A stretch of 64,000 bases of DNA. It comes from Azolla caroliniana. Taxonomy: Eukaryota; Plantae; Polypodiophyta. Each line of letters opens with the position of its first letter. Positions within the stretch are counted from its first letter, which is position 1. The notes below the pieces were generated by a model, which ran no database searches, was not told where the DNA came from, and worked only from the letters and a program-made list of their open reading frames with translations. The position numbers were made by a program, and so were the translations under genes. The stretch covers positions 7,998,001 to 8,062,000 of the forward strand of contig JBHGNT010000008.1 of the NCBI GenBank assembly GCA_043228905.1. Direction: 5' to 3'. Below, piece after piece: positions 1 through 11,960 of the stretch.

Positions 1-13
1 TCCACCACTGTTG

Positions 14-286
14 TGACGGGAACTACAACGCTCCTTATGCGCAATGCTCAGCCACAACCGAGCTTATAATGATACACAGAAAAACAGGAACTAAAACACG
101 ACAAGAAGAAGAGGAAGATACACAGGAGGTTTACGTGGAAAACCCCAAACTAGGGGAAAGAACCACGGCAGCCCACAGGTTGCAAACTGTCACTATGTAA
201 GAATATACAGCAATGAGTTCACTAAGGCACCGACCTCGTGCTCACAGATCTTCGCCACAGGCGGCGGTTACAACAGAGGCAACGAC

Positions 287-325
<39 letters not shown>

Positions 326-827
326 CAGTTACGGACACTGATCTCATGCAAAACAGAAAATGACAACTCACCCTAAAAGCTTGCCCTAAGTCATATTTAT
401 ACTAATGTGACTTTTCGGCTATTTACAAATATAGCCTTGATGGACTCTCAGAAACATATTTACGAATATGTCTCCTCATCCGGTTCATACCGGGTCTGCA
501 CCATCTGGCTTTCCATAGTCGGGTACTCCTCATCTGGTTCATACCGGGTCTGCACCATCCGGCTCTCCGTAGCCGGGTACTCCTCATCCGGTTCATACCG
601 GGTTTGCACCATCCGGCTCTCCGTAGCCGGGTACTCCTCATCCGGTTCATACCGGGTCTGCACCATCCGGCTCTCCGTAGCCGGGTACTCCTCATCCGAA
701 TCATACTGGATCTGCACCATCCGGTTCTCCGTAGCCTGGTACTCCTCATCCGGTTTTGGCCTCGGCCGAGTTTATTCATCAGCACTGTTCTTCTCCCTTC
801 CCATCCGGAGGGACCTGTCTCCCAACA
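14..827 (-). repeat. 3' LTR of C1 (814 bp)
   Basis: Near-identical to 4913-5662; preceded on minus by PPT GTGAAGGGGGAGTT (828-841); contains (CT)n and a 54-bp array. Confidence 0.95.
473..755. repeat. 54-bp tandem array (5 units + partial) in C1 3' LTR
   Basis: Unit TCCTCATCCGGTTCATACCGGGTCTGCACCATCCGGCTCTCCGTAGCCGGGTAC starts at 473, 527, 581, 635, 689, 743. Confidence 0.95.
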
Positions 828-837
828 AACTCCCCCT

Positions 838-3800
838 TCACTCGGGCATGGGGTGTCTTACCAGTCTGATCCTCTTCCGGCATGCGTCCAGCTTGTCGGG
901 TTTCCGCACTTTGGTCAGCATATCTGACCCGTTCTCGACCGTGTGGATCTTTGTCAGTACAAACACCTGGTCATCTACTCTTTCCCGGATCCATTGATAC
1001 CTCCGTTGGATATGTTTCGTCTGGGAATGGTAGGCCGCATTCTTAGCAAGGTGGATGGCACTTTGACTGTCGCAATAGAGTCAGTATTCCTCTTGCCGGA
1101 TACCGAGCTCTCCGATGAAGTCCTTCATCCATAATATCTCCTTGCCGGCTTCCACAGCCGCCATGTACTCCGCCTCTGTAGTTGACAATGCAACCGTCTT
1201 CTGCAGCCTCGACTGCCACGAAACAGCTCCCCCTGCATATGTCATTACATACCCGGATGTAGACCGGCTGGTATCCACATCAGCCGACATGTCCGAATCA
1301 GTGAAACCGTCCAGTTGAGGTTTTTCGGAGCCGAATCGGAGACACATATTTGAAGTGCCCTTCAAATACCGGAGTATCCATTTGACCGCGTTCCAATGCT
1401 CCTTGTCGGGATTGCTCATGAACCGGCTCACCACTCCGACTTCGTATCCTATATCCGGTCGGGTACACACCATTGCGTACATCAAGCTCCCGATGGCAGA
1501 GGCATATGGAATCTTCATCATATCCGCCTTCTCTGCTTTTGTCTTCGGGCTTTGCTTACCGGATAGCCTGCAGTTTGCCGGAAGTGTCGATCTGACCGGT
1601 TTTGCTTCTGACATGTTGAACCGGTGAAACACCTTTGTCACGTACTTCTCCTGTGACAGCCATAATTGCTTCTTTGACCGGTCCCGAATGATGTGCATCC
1701 CCAACATCTATCTTGCCGGACCCAAGTCTTTCATTGAGAAGATCCAGTTGAGAGCCTTCTTCAGCATCCGTATTTTGACTTGGTCACGTCCGACGATCAA
1801 CATGTCATCCAAGTACAGAAGGAGTATCAGGAAGTCGCATCCTTCAAACTTCTTCACAAACACGCAGTGATCGGCCTGCATCTTGTGGTACCCTTGATCG
1901 GTCATGAAGGAGTCGAACTTCCGGTACCATTGTCAGGGAGCCTGCTTCAGTCCGTAGAGGCTCTTCTTCAACCGGCATACCAGGTGCTCCTTCCCTTTCT
2001 CCACAAATCCCTCCGGTTGCTGCATGTAGATCTCCTCTTCGAGGTCGCCGTGAAGGAATGTCGTCTTCACGTCCAGCTGCTCTACCTCAAGGTTCATGCT
2101 TGCCGCTATACTCAGCACCGTCCGGATGGAGGTCATCTTTACAACTAGGGCAAATATCTCGTCGAAGTCCACGCCCTTCTTCTGTTGGAACCCCTTCACC
2201 ACGATCCTAGCTTTGTATCTCAGGGGGTTGCCGGCATCTCCCGGTTTCAACTTGTACACCCACTTATTTCGGAGTGCCCGTTTTCCTTTCGGCAACTCCA
2301 CCAATTCGTACGTATGGTTCTCATGCAGGGAATCCATCTCATCCTGCATGGCACTTAACCATTTTCGGTTGTGGGTGTCATCCTTCGCTTCTTCGAAGCT
2401 TTCCGACTCCCCCTCATCGGTCAGCAGAACATGCTCTGCATCCGGAAATCTCCGGGGGGCCCTTCTTTCTCTGAGAGGATATCTCCATCTTCGGGCTTCG
2501 GTAACCGGCTCCTCCACTTGCTCTTCATCCGAATCCGATTCAGGGTCTTGGCCGGTTCCGGTCTCAGCTTCCTCTACTTCTTCTTCTGCCGGTTCGGTAT
2601 CCTCGCCGTATCCGGCTGGTTCTTCGAGTGCTAACCGGTCTCTCGCTGGTTGGGTCTGCTCATCGTAGAGTCGATCCTTACCGGTCGACTCAGAGTTCAT
2701 TATCTTCTTCTCCGACTCCCAGTCGATGAGTGTCTTGTCCTCCATGAAGATAATATCTTGACTCCGGAAATCCTTCTTGTCGACCGGGTCCCACACTCGG
2801 TAGCCGAACTCATCGTCACCGTAACCGAGGAATATGCATGGCCGGGTCTTTGGATCTAACTTTCCTCTCCGGTCCTTTGCTACATGCACATACGCGAGAC
2901 ACCCGAACACCTTCAGATGCCGGTAGGACACTTCCTTACCGGACCATACTCTCTGTGGCGTGTCTCCGTCCAAGGGTACTGAGGGTGATCTGTTTATCAT
3001 GTACGTCGCCGTCGACAATGCCTCAGCCCAAAACTTCTTGGGTAGTTTTGCATGTGCTAGCATACTCCGGACCCTCTCCATTATGGTCCGGTTCATCCTC
3101 TCGGCCAGTCCATTTAGTTCTGGCATCTTCAGCATGTTAAATTCGAGCCGGATTCCCTTCGAGCGGCAGTACTCCTCGAACTGTCCCCGGTATTCTCCTC
3201 CGTTGTCTGCTCGTACCGCCTTCAGCTTCCCGCCGATTTCTCTTTCCACTCTCGCGTGGAGCTCTTTGAAGACGAATAGCACCTGATCCTTCTTCTTCAA
3301 CGGTATGGCCCACAGCTTCCGGTTGTGGTCATCTATAAACGTCACGAAGTACTGCGCTCTGGCATGTGACTTCGTGTCTACATGACACACATCCGTATGC
3401 ACCAACTCTAGTGGTGCATTACGTCTCATCGGTGGCCTTGGTCGGAAGGAGGTCCGGTTTTGTTTACCGGCCAGACAATCAGTGCACTTCTCCAAGTGCA
3501 CGTTCTTCACTGGAATGAGATTGTCGTCTGCAAGCCTCTTCATCCCCTTCTCGTTCATATGACACAGTCTCTTGTGCCACAGCTCACCGGCAGTGTCGGA
3601 TGCTACGTTCACTTCTTCCGGACATAACCGGGCATTCATCAGGTACAGTGTGTTGACCTTTCGGGCCCGAGCCACAATCAGGCTCCCTTTGCTGAACTTC
3701 ATGACACCGTTCCGGATGCTACCCGTGTAGCCTTCATCATCTAGCCGACCGGCTGATATCAAGTTCAAACGAACCTCCGGAACGTGTCGGACATCTTCAG

Positions 3801-4882
3801 CAACAACTTGCATCCGGTTGGTGTTGACAGCCACACGTCTCCTATGCCGACAATTCGGCATGTACCTTCATTCCCCATCCGGACACAGCCGTGATCACCG
3901 GTTGAGTAGGATGAGAAGCATTTCCGGTCCGGGGTAAGGTGGAACGATGCTCCGGAGTCTACCACCCAGGTCATCTCATCGCCGGCAAGGTTTATCTCAC
4001 TCTCCTAGGTGATGAGCATCAACTCTTCTTCACTTGCCGCGATTGTCTTCGTTCCCTTCCGGTCCGTCCCCTTCCGGTCTTTACCGTTCCGGTCCGGGGT
4101 CCGCTTCGAATCGGTACCGTCGGTTTCCTTGTCTTTACGGAAATGCCGACAGTTCTTCTGGAAGTGTCCCGGCTTGCCGCAATAGAAGCAAGTGGGCCTC
4201 CCCCTTGACTTTGACCGTGTCCCCGACTTCTCCCGGTTCTGGGGACTACGGTTTCTATGTCTTCCGCGTTCCGATTCGGTAATGAGCGCTTTGGAGTCGG
4301 AGCTCGTATCTTTATCTTTCCGACGCGCCTCCTCATCTAGCAAGCTCAACTTTACTCTTGCTAGGGATAACCGTTTTCCTTCCGGCCCGGCGTTGCCCAA
4401 AGTGACAACCAACGTCTCCCAGCTATCTGGGAGGGAACCGAGCAGGAGTAGCGCTAGTACCTCATCGGCGAGAGGTACTTCCAATGAAGTTGCCTGGTGG
4501 ATCAGCCCCTGGGAGGCATTCATGTGCTCCGCCATGCTGGAGCCATCTTGGTACCGGAGTCTTACTAGCTTCCGGAATACCAAGACCTGGTTGACAGCAT
4601 TTTTGTTTTGAAACATTATGCCGATCTTCTCCCAGAGCTCATGGGCCTTGCTCTCTTCATTGAAGTTGTTGTATAGGCTCATGTCGATGAAGCACCGTAT
4701 GTACGTCGTTGTCTTCATGTGCATCACCTCCCATATTGTGGTGTCGATCTTATCCGGTCTCTTGTCCCCGAACTGAACCGGTAGCCAAAGATCTTTAACC
4801 ACGAGCATGTCCCTCATCTTCGATTCCACACTGAATAGTTGGAGCCGGTGAGCTTGAACATGCCGCCAAACGATTCGTCCAT
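838..4882 (-). pseudogene. C1 gag-pol polyprotein, broken by stops and frameshifts
   Basis: ATG at 4882; CCHC CFYCGKPGHFQKNC; protease WVVDSGAS; GAG-pre-integrase WHKRLCH; integrase LVHTDVC...NGLAERMNRT; RT YLDDML; RNase H STTEAEY; in-frame stops at 4005, 1933, 1708, 1081. Confidence 0.95.
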
Positions 4883-4912
4883 TTTCTGTGTCGATTTCGC
4901 TCTGATACCACT

Positions 4913-5662
4913 TGACGGGAACTACAACGCTCCTTATGCGCAACGCTCGGCCACAACCGAGCTTATAATGATAAACAGAAAAATGGGAACTAAAACACGA
5001 CAAGAAGAAGAGGAAGATACACAGGAGGTTTACGTGGAAAACCCCAAACTAGGGGAAAGAACCACGGCAGCCCACAGGCTGCAAACTGTCGCTATGTAAG
5101 AATATACAATAGTGAGTTCACTGAGGCACCGACCTTGTGCTCCCAGATCTTCGCCACAGGCGGCGGTTACAACAGAGGCAACGACCTCTTTCTCTCTCTC
5201 TCTCTCTCTCTCTACAGTTACGCACACTGATCTCATGCAAAACAGAAAATGACAACTCACCCTAAAAGTTTGCCCTAAGTCATATTTATACTAATGTGAC
5301 TTTTCGGCTATTTACAAATATAGCCTTGATGGACTCTCAGAAACATATTTACGAATATGTCTCCTCATCCGATTCATACCGGGTCTGCACCATCCGGCTC
5401 TCCATAGCCGGGTACTTCCTATCCGGTTCATACCGGGTTTGCACCATCCGGCTCTCCGTAGCCGGGTACTCCTCATCCGGTTCATACCGGGTCTGCACCA
5501 TCCGGCTCTCCGTAGCCGGGTACTCCTCATCCGAATCATACCGGGTCTACACCATCCGGCTCTCCGTAGCCGGGTACTCCTCATCCGGTTTTGGCCTCAG
5601 CCGAGTTTATTCATCAGCACTGTTCTTCTCCCTTCCCATCCGGAGGGACCTGTCTCCCAACA
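4913..5662 (-). repeat. 5' LTR of C1 (750 bp)
   Basis: Followed on minus by the PBS; 4 full 54-bp units (5362-5590); TATAAAT on minus near 5285-5291. Confidence 0.95.
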
Positions 5663-8300
5663 TGTTGGCCCTTCTTCCGGATTTGAGAAGAATGCAGGAG
5701 CCGGCAACGAATTTGATGTGGTCATTCCTGATTTCAGCCCTTCCGTAAACCCGGGGACTAGTTCTAATAACCAACCCAATGGCAGCGTAATTTGACATTC
5801 TTGTAACGCTTGCCATGTTGGGTCTTCCGACTGAATCGTGTCGGTGGCCTCTTCCGGTTTTTCCTTTTGTTGTTCAAGTTCAGCCACATTCCGCTCATTT
5901 GCCTTCTTCACCCACTTGGTGGCTTGCTTTCGGATTGCCTCCTGTGTTTTCCACTCCATTGTTTTACCTTTTGCCCTGGTGGTGACTTGTTATATGTCGG
6001 CGACTTCTGCTACCACCATATTTACGGTTGCTCTTTTCTTGTAGCTTTTAACCGGACATTGATTACTGTAATGTCCTTCTTGCCGGCAATAGTAGCAGTA
6101 CGCTTTCTAAGTGTTGCTGGATTCGGCATTCGCTCCGGTACCCGGTTGAGGTTCTATTGATGGTCTGTTAGTTGCTTGGCCTTGGTCTGGTTGGGTACTT
6201 GGTGTACCCTTGTTTGGCTGCCATTGATGGTCGTCCTTTCTAATGTTCCATTTTTTGTTGAAGCATTTTTTGTTCTGGTAACCCTATCGGGGCCGGTTTT
6301 CATAATTGCCTTGATCCTCCCTCCGTTGGTTGTAACCGGGGGAGTGATCCCGACTGTATCGCTCATATCGATCACCGTTATAATCCCAGTAGTTATCCTG
6401 CCGATCTCGGTCGTGAGTGTCTTTTCTGTCGTTGTGCCGGACATCTTGTGCCGACTGGTAACGCTCATCTCGCTGCCAGCGTTCTTGTTCCTCCTCCCGG
6501 TAACGCCGGGGTTCGATTTGCCTTACCGGTGCCACTTGCCGGTTCAGCCAGTTATATTCGCATCAATTCATTGTGTGCACTCGGGAATGGCATAACATGC
6601 ACTGTGTCCGCATGGTACATTCTATTGTTGAGTGCCCGGCATTCAAACAAGTCGTACATTGTATAGCTTACCAAAAACATAGATTTTCTTCTGTCGATAA
6701 TGTACGTTGGAGTGCCCCCATTGTTATCCATGAGCTTGTTTTCTCCATCTCCCTGACTCGTTCTATGACTTGGTTGGTCGTGCTGGTGCGGAAATCAATC
6801 ACTACGCACACCGTACGTAGGGGTTCTTGGAGTGCTGCTAGGAATATTGCTTTAGCCTTTGCTTCCAGTGGTGCTCGATTTAAGTGGCTATGCATTCGTT
6901 GGAACCGGATTACGAATTGTTGAATGGTTTCCGTAGGTTCCTGCTGTATGGTGTAGAATAGGCCAACCATCTCCCGTTGATCCACCTCCTTGTTGAAGAA
7001 CTGTAAAAATCTAAGTTTTAAGTCCTCAAATGTCGTGATGGTGTCGGGAGGGTGCGTCAAGCGCCATCGCGTGGCTGGTCCTTCCAAGGTTATGCCGAAC
7101 TCTATAATCTTCAAGCGTTCTACTTCGGCGGCGATCAAGCGTTGCGACACATGGTTTGCTTCCCGTGTTTGTAGAAATGCATAGACATGAGCTTCTGCGT
7201 CTGGATCATCCCGGTACTTGGGGTATTGGAACGGCATGTCGTCATCTGGTGTCGGAACAAAGGTTGGTGGTGTCAGAGGTCTCCCCTCCGCTTCTGTCGG
7301 TGTCAGAGGTTTTTCCTCCTCTTCTTTCAATGTCTCACGTGGCGATGTTGGAAGTTGATCCGCCGCTTGCCGATCTAGGGCTTCCAGTTCCGTTAACTTT
7401 GGTTTCGGTGTCGGCAAGGTATCCGACTGCTCGTCCTCCGGTCCGTCTGAGGTGTCATGGCTACTACGGTAATTCGAATGGGTGCTGCATTTGCTGTCCT
7501 AATCCGATTTGAAGGCCGAGAATGGTTTTGAATCGGCTCCCCCTGTCGCTAGGGCCTACAGAATGGATTCCGCGTCGCGGAGACTGCTCAAGCTCCTTCC
7601 TTCGTCCAGTTGGGAATTCTATTGCCCGCGGAGTGACTCCGCGGACACTCGCCGGATTACTTTGGAAAATGACTGATCTGCACGGATCTCTTCTGCTGCC
7701 TACTGGAAAGCCTCTCGCTTTCGCAATCAATCGGCAAGTCTTCTTGCTCGCTCCGTAATCGGGTCGTTTGTTGGTCTAGTCATCCATGCCTACCATTGTT
7801 CACTGCGTTTGTGCAGGAATCGTGGTCGCCAAAAACTGTGTTATCCCTAGGGCCGAACAATGGCCTAACACAGGGTGTCCCTTGAGACACTTCACCAAAG
7901 GGGTATTGCGGTGAGATAAACTTAGACCGACTCTTAATGAACCCTAATTAGTTACTAATCAGCAAGATCATTAGTCATAATACACACGTAAGATGAATTA
8001 CACTTTAGCATAGAACGGTAATTAACAATGAATAACATACAGAACAATAGCACTCTATTAATTATCCGCTAATGATTACAATCTAACCGGGCCCTTTTAT
8101 AGGTCTCCGGCTCTAGGTACAAACCGGTGCCAACTGGCAACCGGCTACGAACCGGTCCGGATCCAGATTGGCAAACCAATTCCAGGTCTGTCCGTTCGCT
8201 TCTCAAAATCATAATAATTCTATAATATGTATACAATCAGCTCCTGGTTATTAATTATCCTCTTCTTCCATTCTGGACTTTCCTTGCCAGCCGGTTAACA
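5663..8300 (-). mobile_element. 5' part of non-chromovirus Ty3/gypsy element G-A (continues left of the window)
   Basis: 5' LTR 7837-8300; PBS TGGCGACCACG; gag homologous to the ORF at 32646; joining 1-13 to 5668 onward restores FSNPEEGPTVV, as in G-B. Confidence 0.92.
5668..7783 (-). pseudogene. G-A gag, frameshifted
   Basis: DDDMPFQYPKYRDDPDAEAHV and WQALQECQITLPLG match G-B Gag; ATGACTAGACCA start at 7783. Confidence 0.9.
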
Positions 8301-8566
8301 CGAAGATTGAGAGCAAGAGGTTGTTGCCTCTGTGCTCCCTGTTGTATTTCTTGACATAGTGATAGTTTGGAGTCTGTGGGCTCCCGTGGTTTTACCCTCT
8401 CAACTCCCGGTTATTAATTATCCCCTTCTTCCATTCTAGACTTTCCTTGCCAGCCGGTTAACACGAAGGTTGAGAGCAAGAAGTCGTTGCCTCTGTGCTC
8501 CCTGTTGTATTTCTTAACATAGTGATAGTTTGGAGTCTATGGGCTCTCGTGGTTTTTCCCTCTCAC
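8241..8566. repeat. 163-bp tandem duplication spanning the G-A LTR / C2 LTR junction
   Basis: Units start at 8241 and 8404; each contains ...GCCAGCCGGTTAACA followed by CGAAG(A/G)TTGAGAGCAAG... Confidence 0.92.
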
Positions 8567-8759
8567 GGTTTTCCACGTTAACATCTTGTGTACTCTCTTT
8601 TTCTCCTGTTTATAGTGTCTGTGCATATACGTGTATTTACCCTCCATTCCCATTCTCGATGTTTCGATTCTATACGACACGATCTGAGACTCGATTGTGG
8701 CCAAGTTATATTCCGCATATTTCGCGTCAATCTAGTATCAGAGCGAAACGACACAGAAA

Positions 8760-11700
8760 ATGGAAGATTCATTTGGTGGCATGTTCAAGCTCATCGGCTC
8801 CAACTACTTAGTGTGGAAGTCGAAGATGAGGGACATGCTCGTGGTTAAAGATCTCTGGTTGCTGGGTCAGTTCCGGGACAAGAGACCGGACAAAATCGAT
8901 GCCACGATATGGGAGGTGATGCACATGAAGACAACGGCATACATACGGTGCTTCATCGACATGAGCATGTACAACAACTTTAATGAGGAGAGTAAGGCTC
9001 ATGAGCTCTGGGAGAAGATCGACATTATGTTTCAGAACAGAAATGTTGTTAATCGGGTTTCGGTATTCCAGAAGCTAGTGCAGCTCCGGCACCAAGATGG
9101 CTCCAGCATGGTGGAGCACATGAATGCCTTCCACGAGCTGATTCACCAGGCAACATCGTTGGAAGTACCTCTCACCGATGAGGTACTAGCATAACTCCTG
9201 CTTGGTTCCCTCCTGGATAGTTGGGAGACGTTAGTTGTCACTTTGGGCAACGCCGGACCGGAAGGAAAACAGTTGTCCCTAGCAAGAGTCAAGTCGAGCT
9301 TGCTAGATGAGTAGGCGACTCGGAAAGACAAAGAGGTGATCTTCGACTCCAAAGCGCTCCTTACCGAATTGGAACGCGGAAGACAAAGGAACCGGAGTCC
9401 CCAGAACCGGGAAAAGTCGGGGACACGGTCAAAGTCAAGGGGGAGGCCTACTTGCTTCTATTGCGGCAAGCCAGGACACTTCCAGAAGAACTGTCAACAT
9501 TTCCAAAAGGACAAGGAAGCCAACAATACCGATTTGAAGCAGTCACAAACCCTGAACGGTAAAGACCGGAAGGGAACGACGGCAATCGCGGCAAGTGAAG
9601 AGGAGTTGATGCTCATCACCGAGGAGAGTGAGTTGAACCTTGCCGGCAACGAGACAACATGGGTTGTCGATTCCGGAGCATTGTTCCACCTGACCCCAGA
9701 CCAGAAATGCTTCTCATCCTACACAACCAGTGAGCACGGGTGTGTCCGGATGGGGAATGAAGGTACATGCCGAATTGTCGGCATAGGAGATGTGTGGTTG
9801 ACAACACCAACCGGATGCAAGTTGCTACTAAAGGATGTTTGACACGTTCCGGAGGTTCGACTGAACCTAAGATCAGCCGGTCGGCTAGACGATGAAGGCT
9901 ACACGGGTAGCATTCGGAACGGAGTCATGAAGTTCAGCAAAGGGACCCTAATAGTGGCTCAGTCCCGGAAAGTCAACACATTGTACCTAATGAATGCTCG
10001 GTTATGCCGGGAAGAAGTGAACGTTGCATCCGACACTGCTGGTGAGCTGTGGCACAAGAGATTGTGTCACATGAGCGAGAAGAGGATGAGGAGGCTTGCC
10101 GATGACAACCTCATTCCGGTGAAAGACATGCATCTTGAGAAGTGCACCGACTGCTTGGCCCATAAGCAAAACCGACCTCCTTCCGCTCAAGGCCACCGAT
10201 GAGACGTAATGCACCACTGGAGCTGGTGCACACCGATGTGTGTCAAGTCGACACCAAGTCACATGCCGGATTGCAGTACTTTGTGACATTCATAGATGAC
10301 CATAGCCGAAAGTTGTGGGCCACACCGCTGAAGACGAAGGATCAAGTGTTATCCGTCTTCAAGGGGCTCCATGCGAGAGTGGAAACAGAAACCGGCCGGA
10401 AGCTGAAGGCGGTTCGAGTAGATAATGGAGGAGAATACTGGGGACAGTTTGAAGAGTACTGCTGCTCGAAGGGAATCCGGCTCGAATTTACCATGCCGAA
10501 GATGTCGGAACTAAACGGGCTAGATGAGAGGATGAACTGAACCATAATGGAGAGGGTCTGGAGTATGCTAGCACATTCCAAGTTACCCAAGAGGTTTTGG
10601 GCTGAAGCACTGACGACAGGGACGTACGTGATAAATAGATCACCCTCAGTACCCTTGGACGGAGACACGCCGCAGAGAGTGTGGATTGGTAAGGAAGTGT
10701 CTTACCGGCATCTAAAGGTGTTTGGGTGTCTGGCTTACGTGCATGTTGCAAAGGACCGGAGAGCAAAGTTGGATCCAAAGTCCGGGCCTTGCATATTCCT
10801 CACATACGGCGATGATGAGTTCGGCTACCAAGTGTGGGATCTGGTCGACAAGAAGGTTTTCTGGAGTCGAGTTATTATCTTCATGGAGGACAAGACCCTT
10901 GCCGACTAGGAGTCGGAGAAGAAGATAATGAACTCTGAGTCGACTGGTAAGGATCGGTTCGATGAGATGCAAACCCAACCGACAAAGAGCCAGTTAACAC
11001 TCGAAGAACCGGCCGGTTACGGAGAGGACACTGAACCGGCAGAAGAAGAAGAGGAAGCAGGAACCGGAACCGGCCAAGATCCCGAATCGGATTCGGATGA
11101 AGAACAAATAGAGGACCCAGTTGCCGGAAACCAAAGACGCAGATATCCTCTCAGAGAGAGAAGGGCCCCCCAGAGATTTCCGGATCTAGAGCATGTACTG
11201 CTAACTGATCAGGGGAGCCGGAAAGCTTCGAAGAAGCTAAGAGAGACACCCACAGCCGCAAGTGGTTGAGTGCCATGCAGGACGAGATGGATTCCCTCCA
11301 TGAGAACCACACGTATGAATTGGTGTACAAGTTGAAACTGGGAGATGACGGCAACCCCCCAAAATACAAAGCCAGGATCGTGGTGAAGGGGTTCCAGCAA
11401 AAGAAGGACGTAGCTTCGACGAGATATTTGCCCCGGTAGTAAAGATGACTTTCATCCGGACGGTGCTGAGCATAGCGGCAAGCATGAACCTCGAGGTAGA
11501 GCAGTTAGACGTGAAGACGGCATTCCTCCACGGCGACCTCGAAGAGGAGATCTACATGCAGCAACCGAAGGGATTTGTGAAGAAAGGGAAGGAGCACCTC
11601 GTTTGCCGATTGAAGAAGAGCCTCTACGGTTTGAAGCAGGATCCCCGGCAGTGGTATCGGAAGTTCGACTCCGTCATGACCGATCAAGGGTACCACAAGA

Positions 11701-11960
11701 CACAAGCCGATCACTACGTATTTGTGAAGAAGTTTGAAGGTGGAGACTTCCTGATACTCCTCCTGTACGTGGACGACATGTTGATCGTCGGACAAGACCA
11801 AGTCAAGATACAGATGCTGAAGAAAGCTCTTAACCGGACCTTCTCAATGAAAGACTTGGGTCTGGCAGGACAAATACTGGGGATGCATATCATCCGGGAC
11901 CGGTCAGAGAAGCAATTGTGGCTGTCACAAGAGAAGTACGTGACAAAGGTGCTTCAGCGG
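8760..11960 (+). pseudogene. C2 gag-PR-INT-RT (first part), multiple lesions
   Basis: MEDSFGGMFKL start, CCHC, WVVDSGA, LVHTDVC, YVDDML; colinear with C1. Confidence 0.93.

Larger units (their letters stand above)
14..5662 (-). mobile_element. Full-length Ty1/copia LTR retrotransposon C1 (Tnt1/Tork-like), decayed
   Basis: TG...CA LTRs at 14-827 and 4913-5662; identical 5-bp TSD TGTTG at 9-13 and 5663-5667; tRNA-iMet PBS (TGGTATCAGAGC on minus, 4899-4910); PPT next to 827; order gag-PR-INT-RT-RH. Confidence 0.97.

Noticed and set aside
473-755. CRISPR-like appearance of the 54-bp and 38-bp arrays
   Set aside because: Units are contiguous with no unique spacers, lie inside LTRs, and no cas genes are present.
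407-997. Repetitive ORFs in several frames (also 5296-5795)
   Set aside because: By-products of the stop-poor 54-bp LTR array; no protein signature.
11322-11325. 42-bp deletion in C2 relative to C1 between GGTG repeats
   Set aside because: Real but ordinary microhomology decay.
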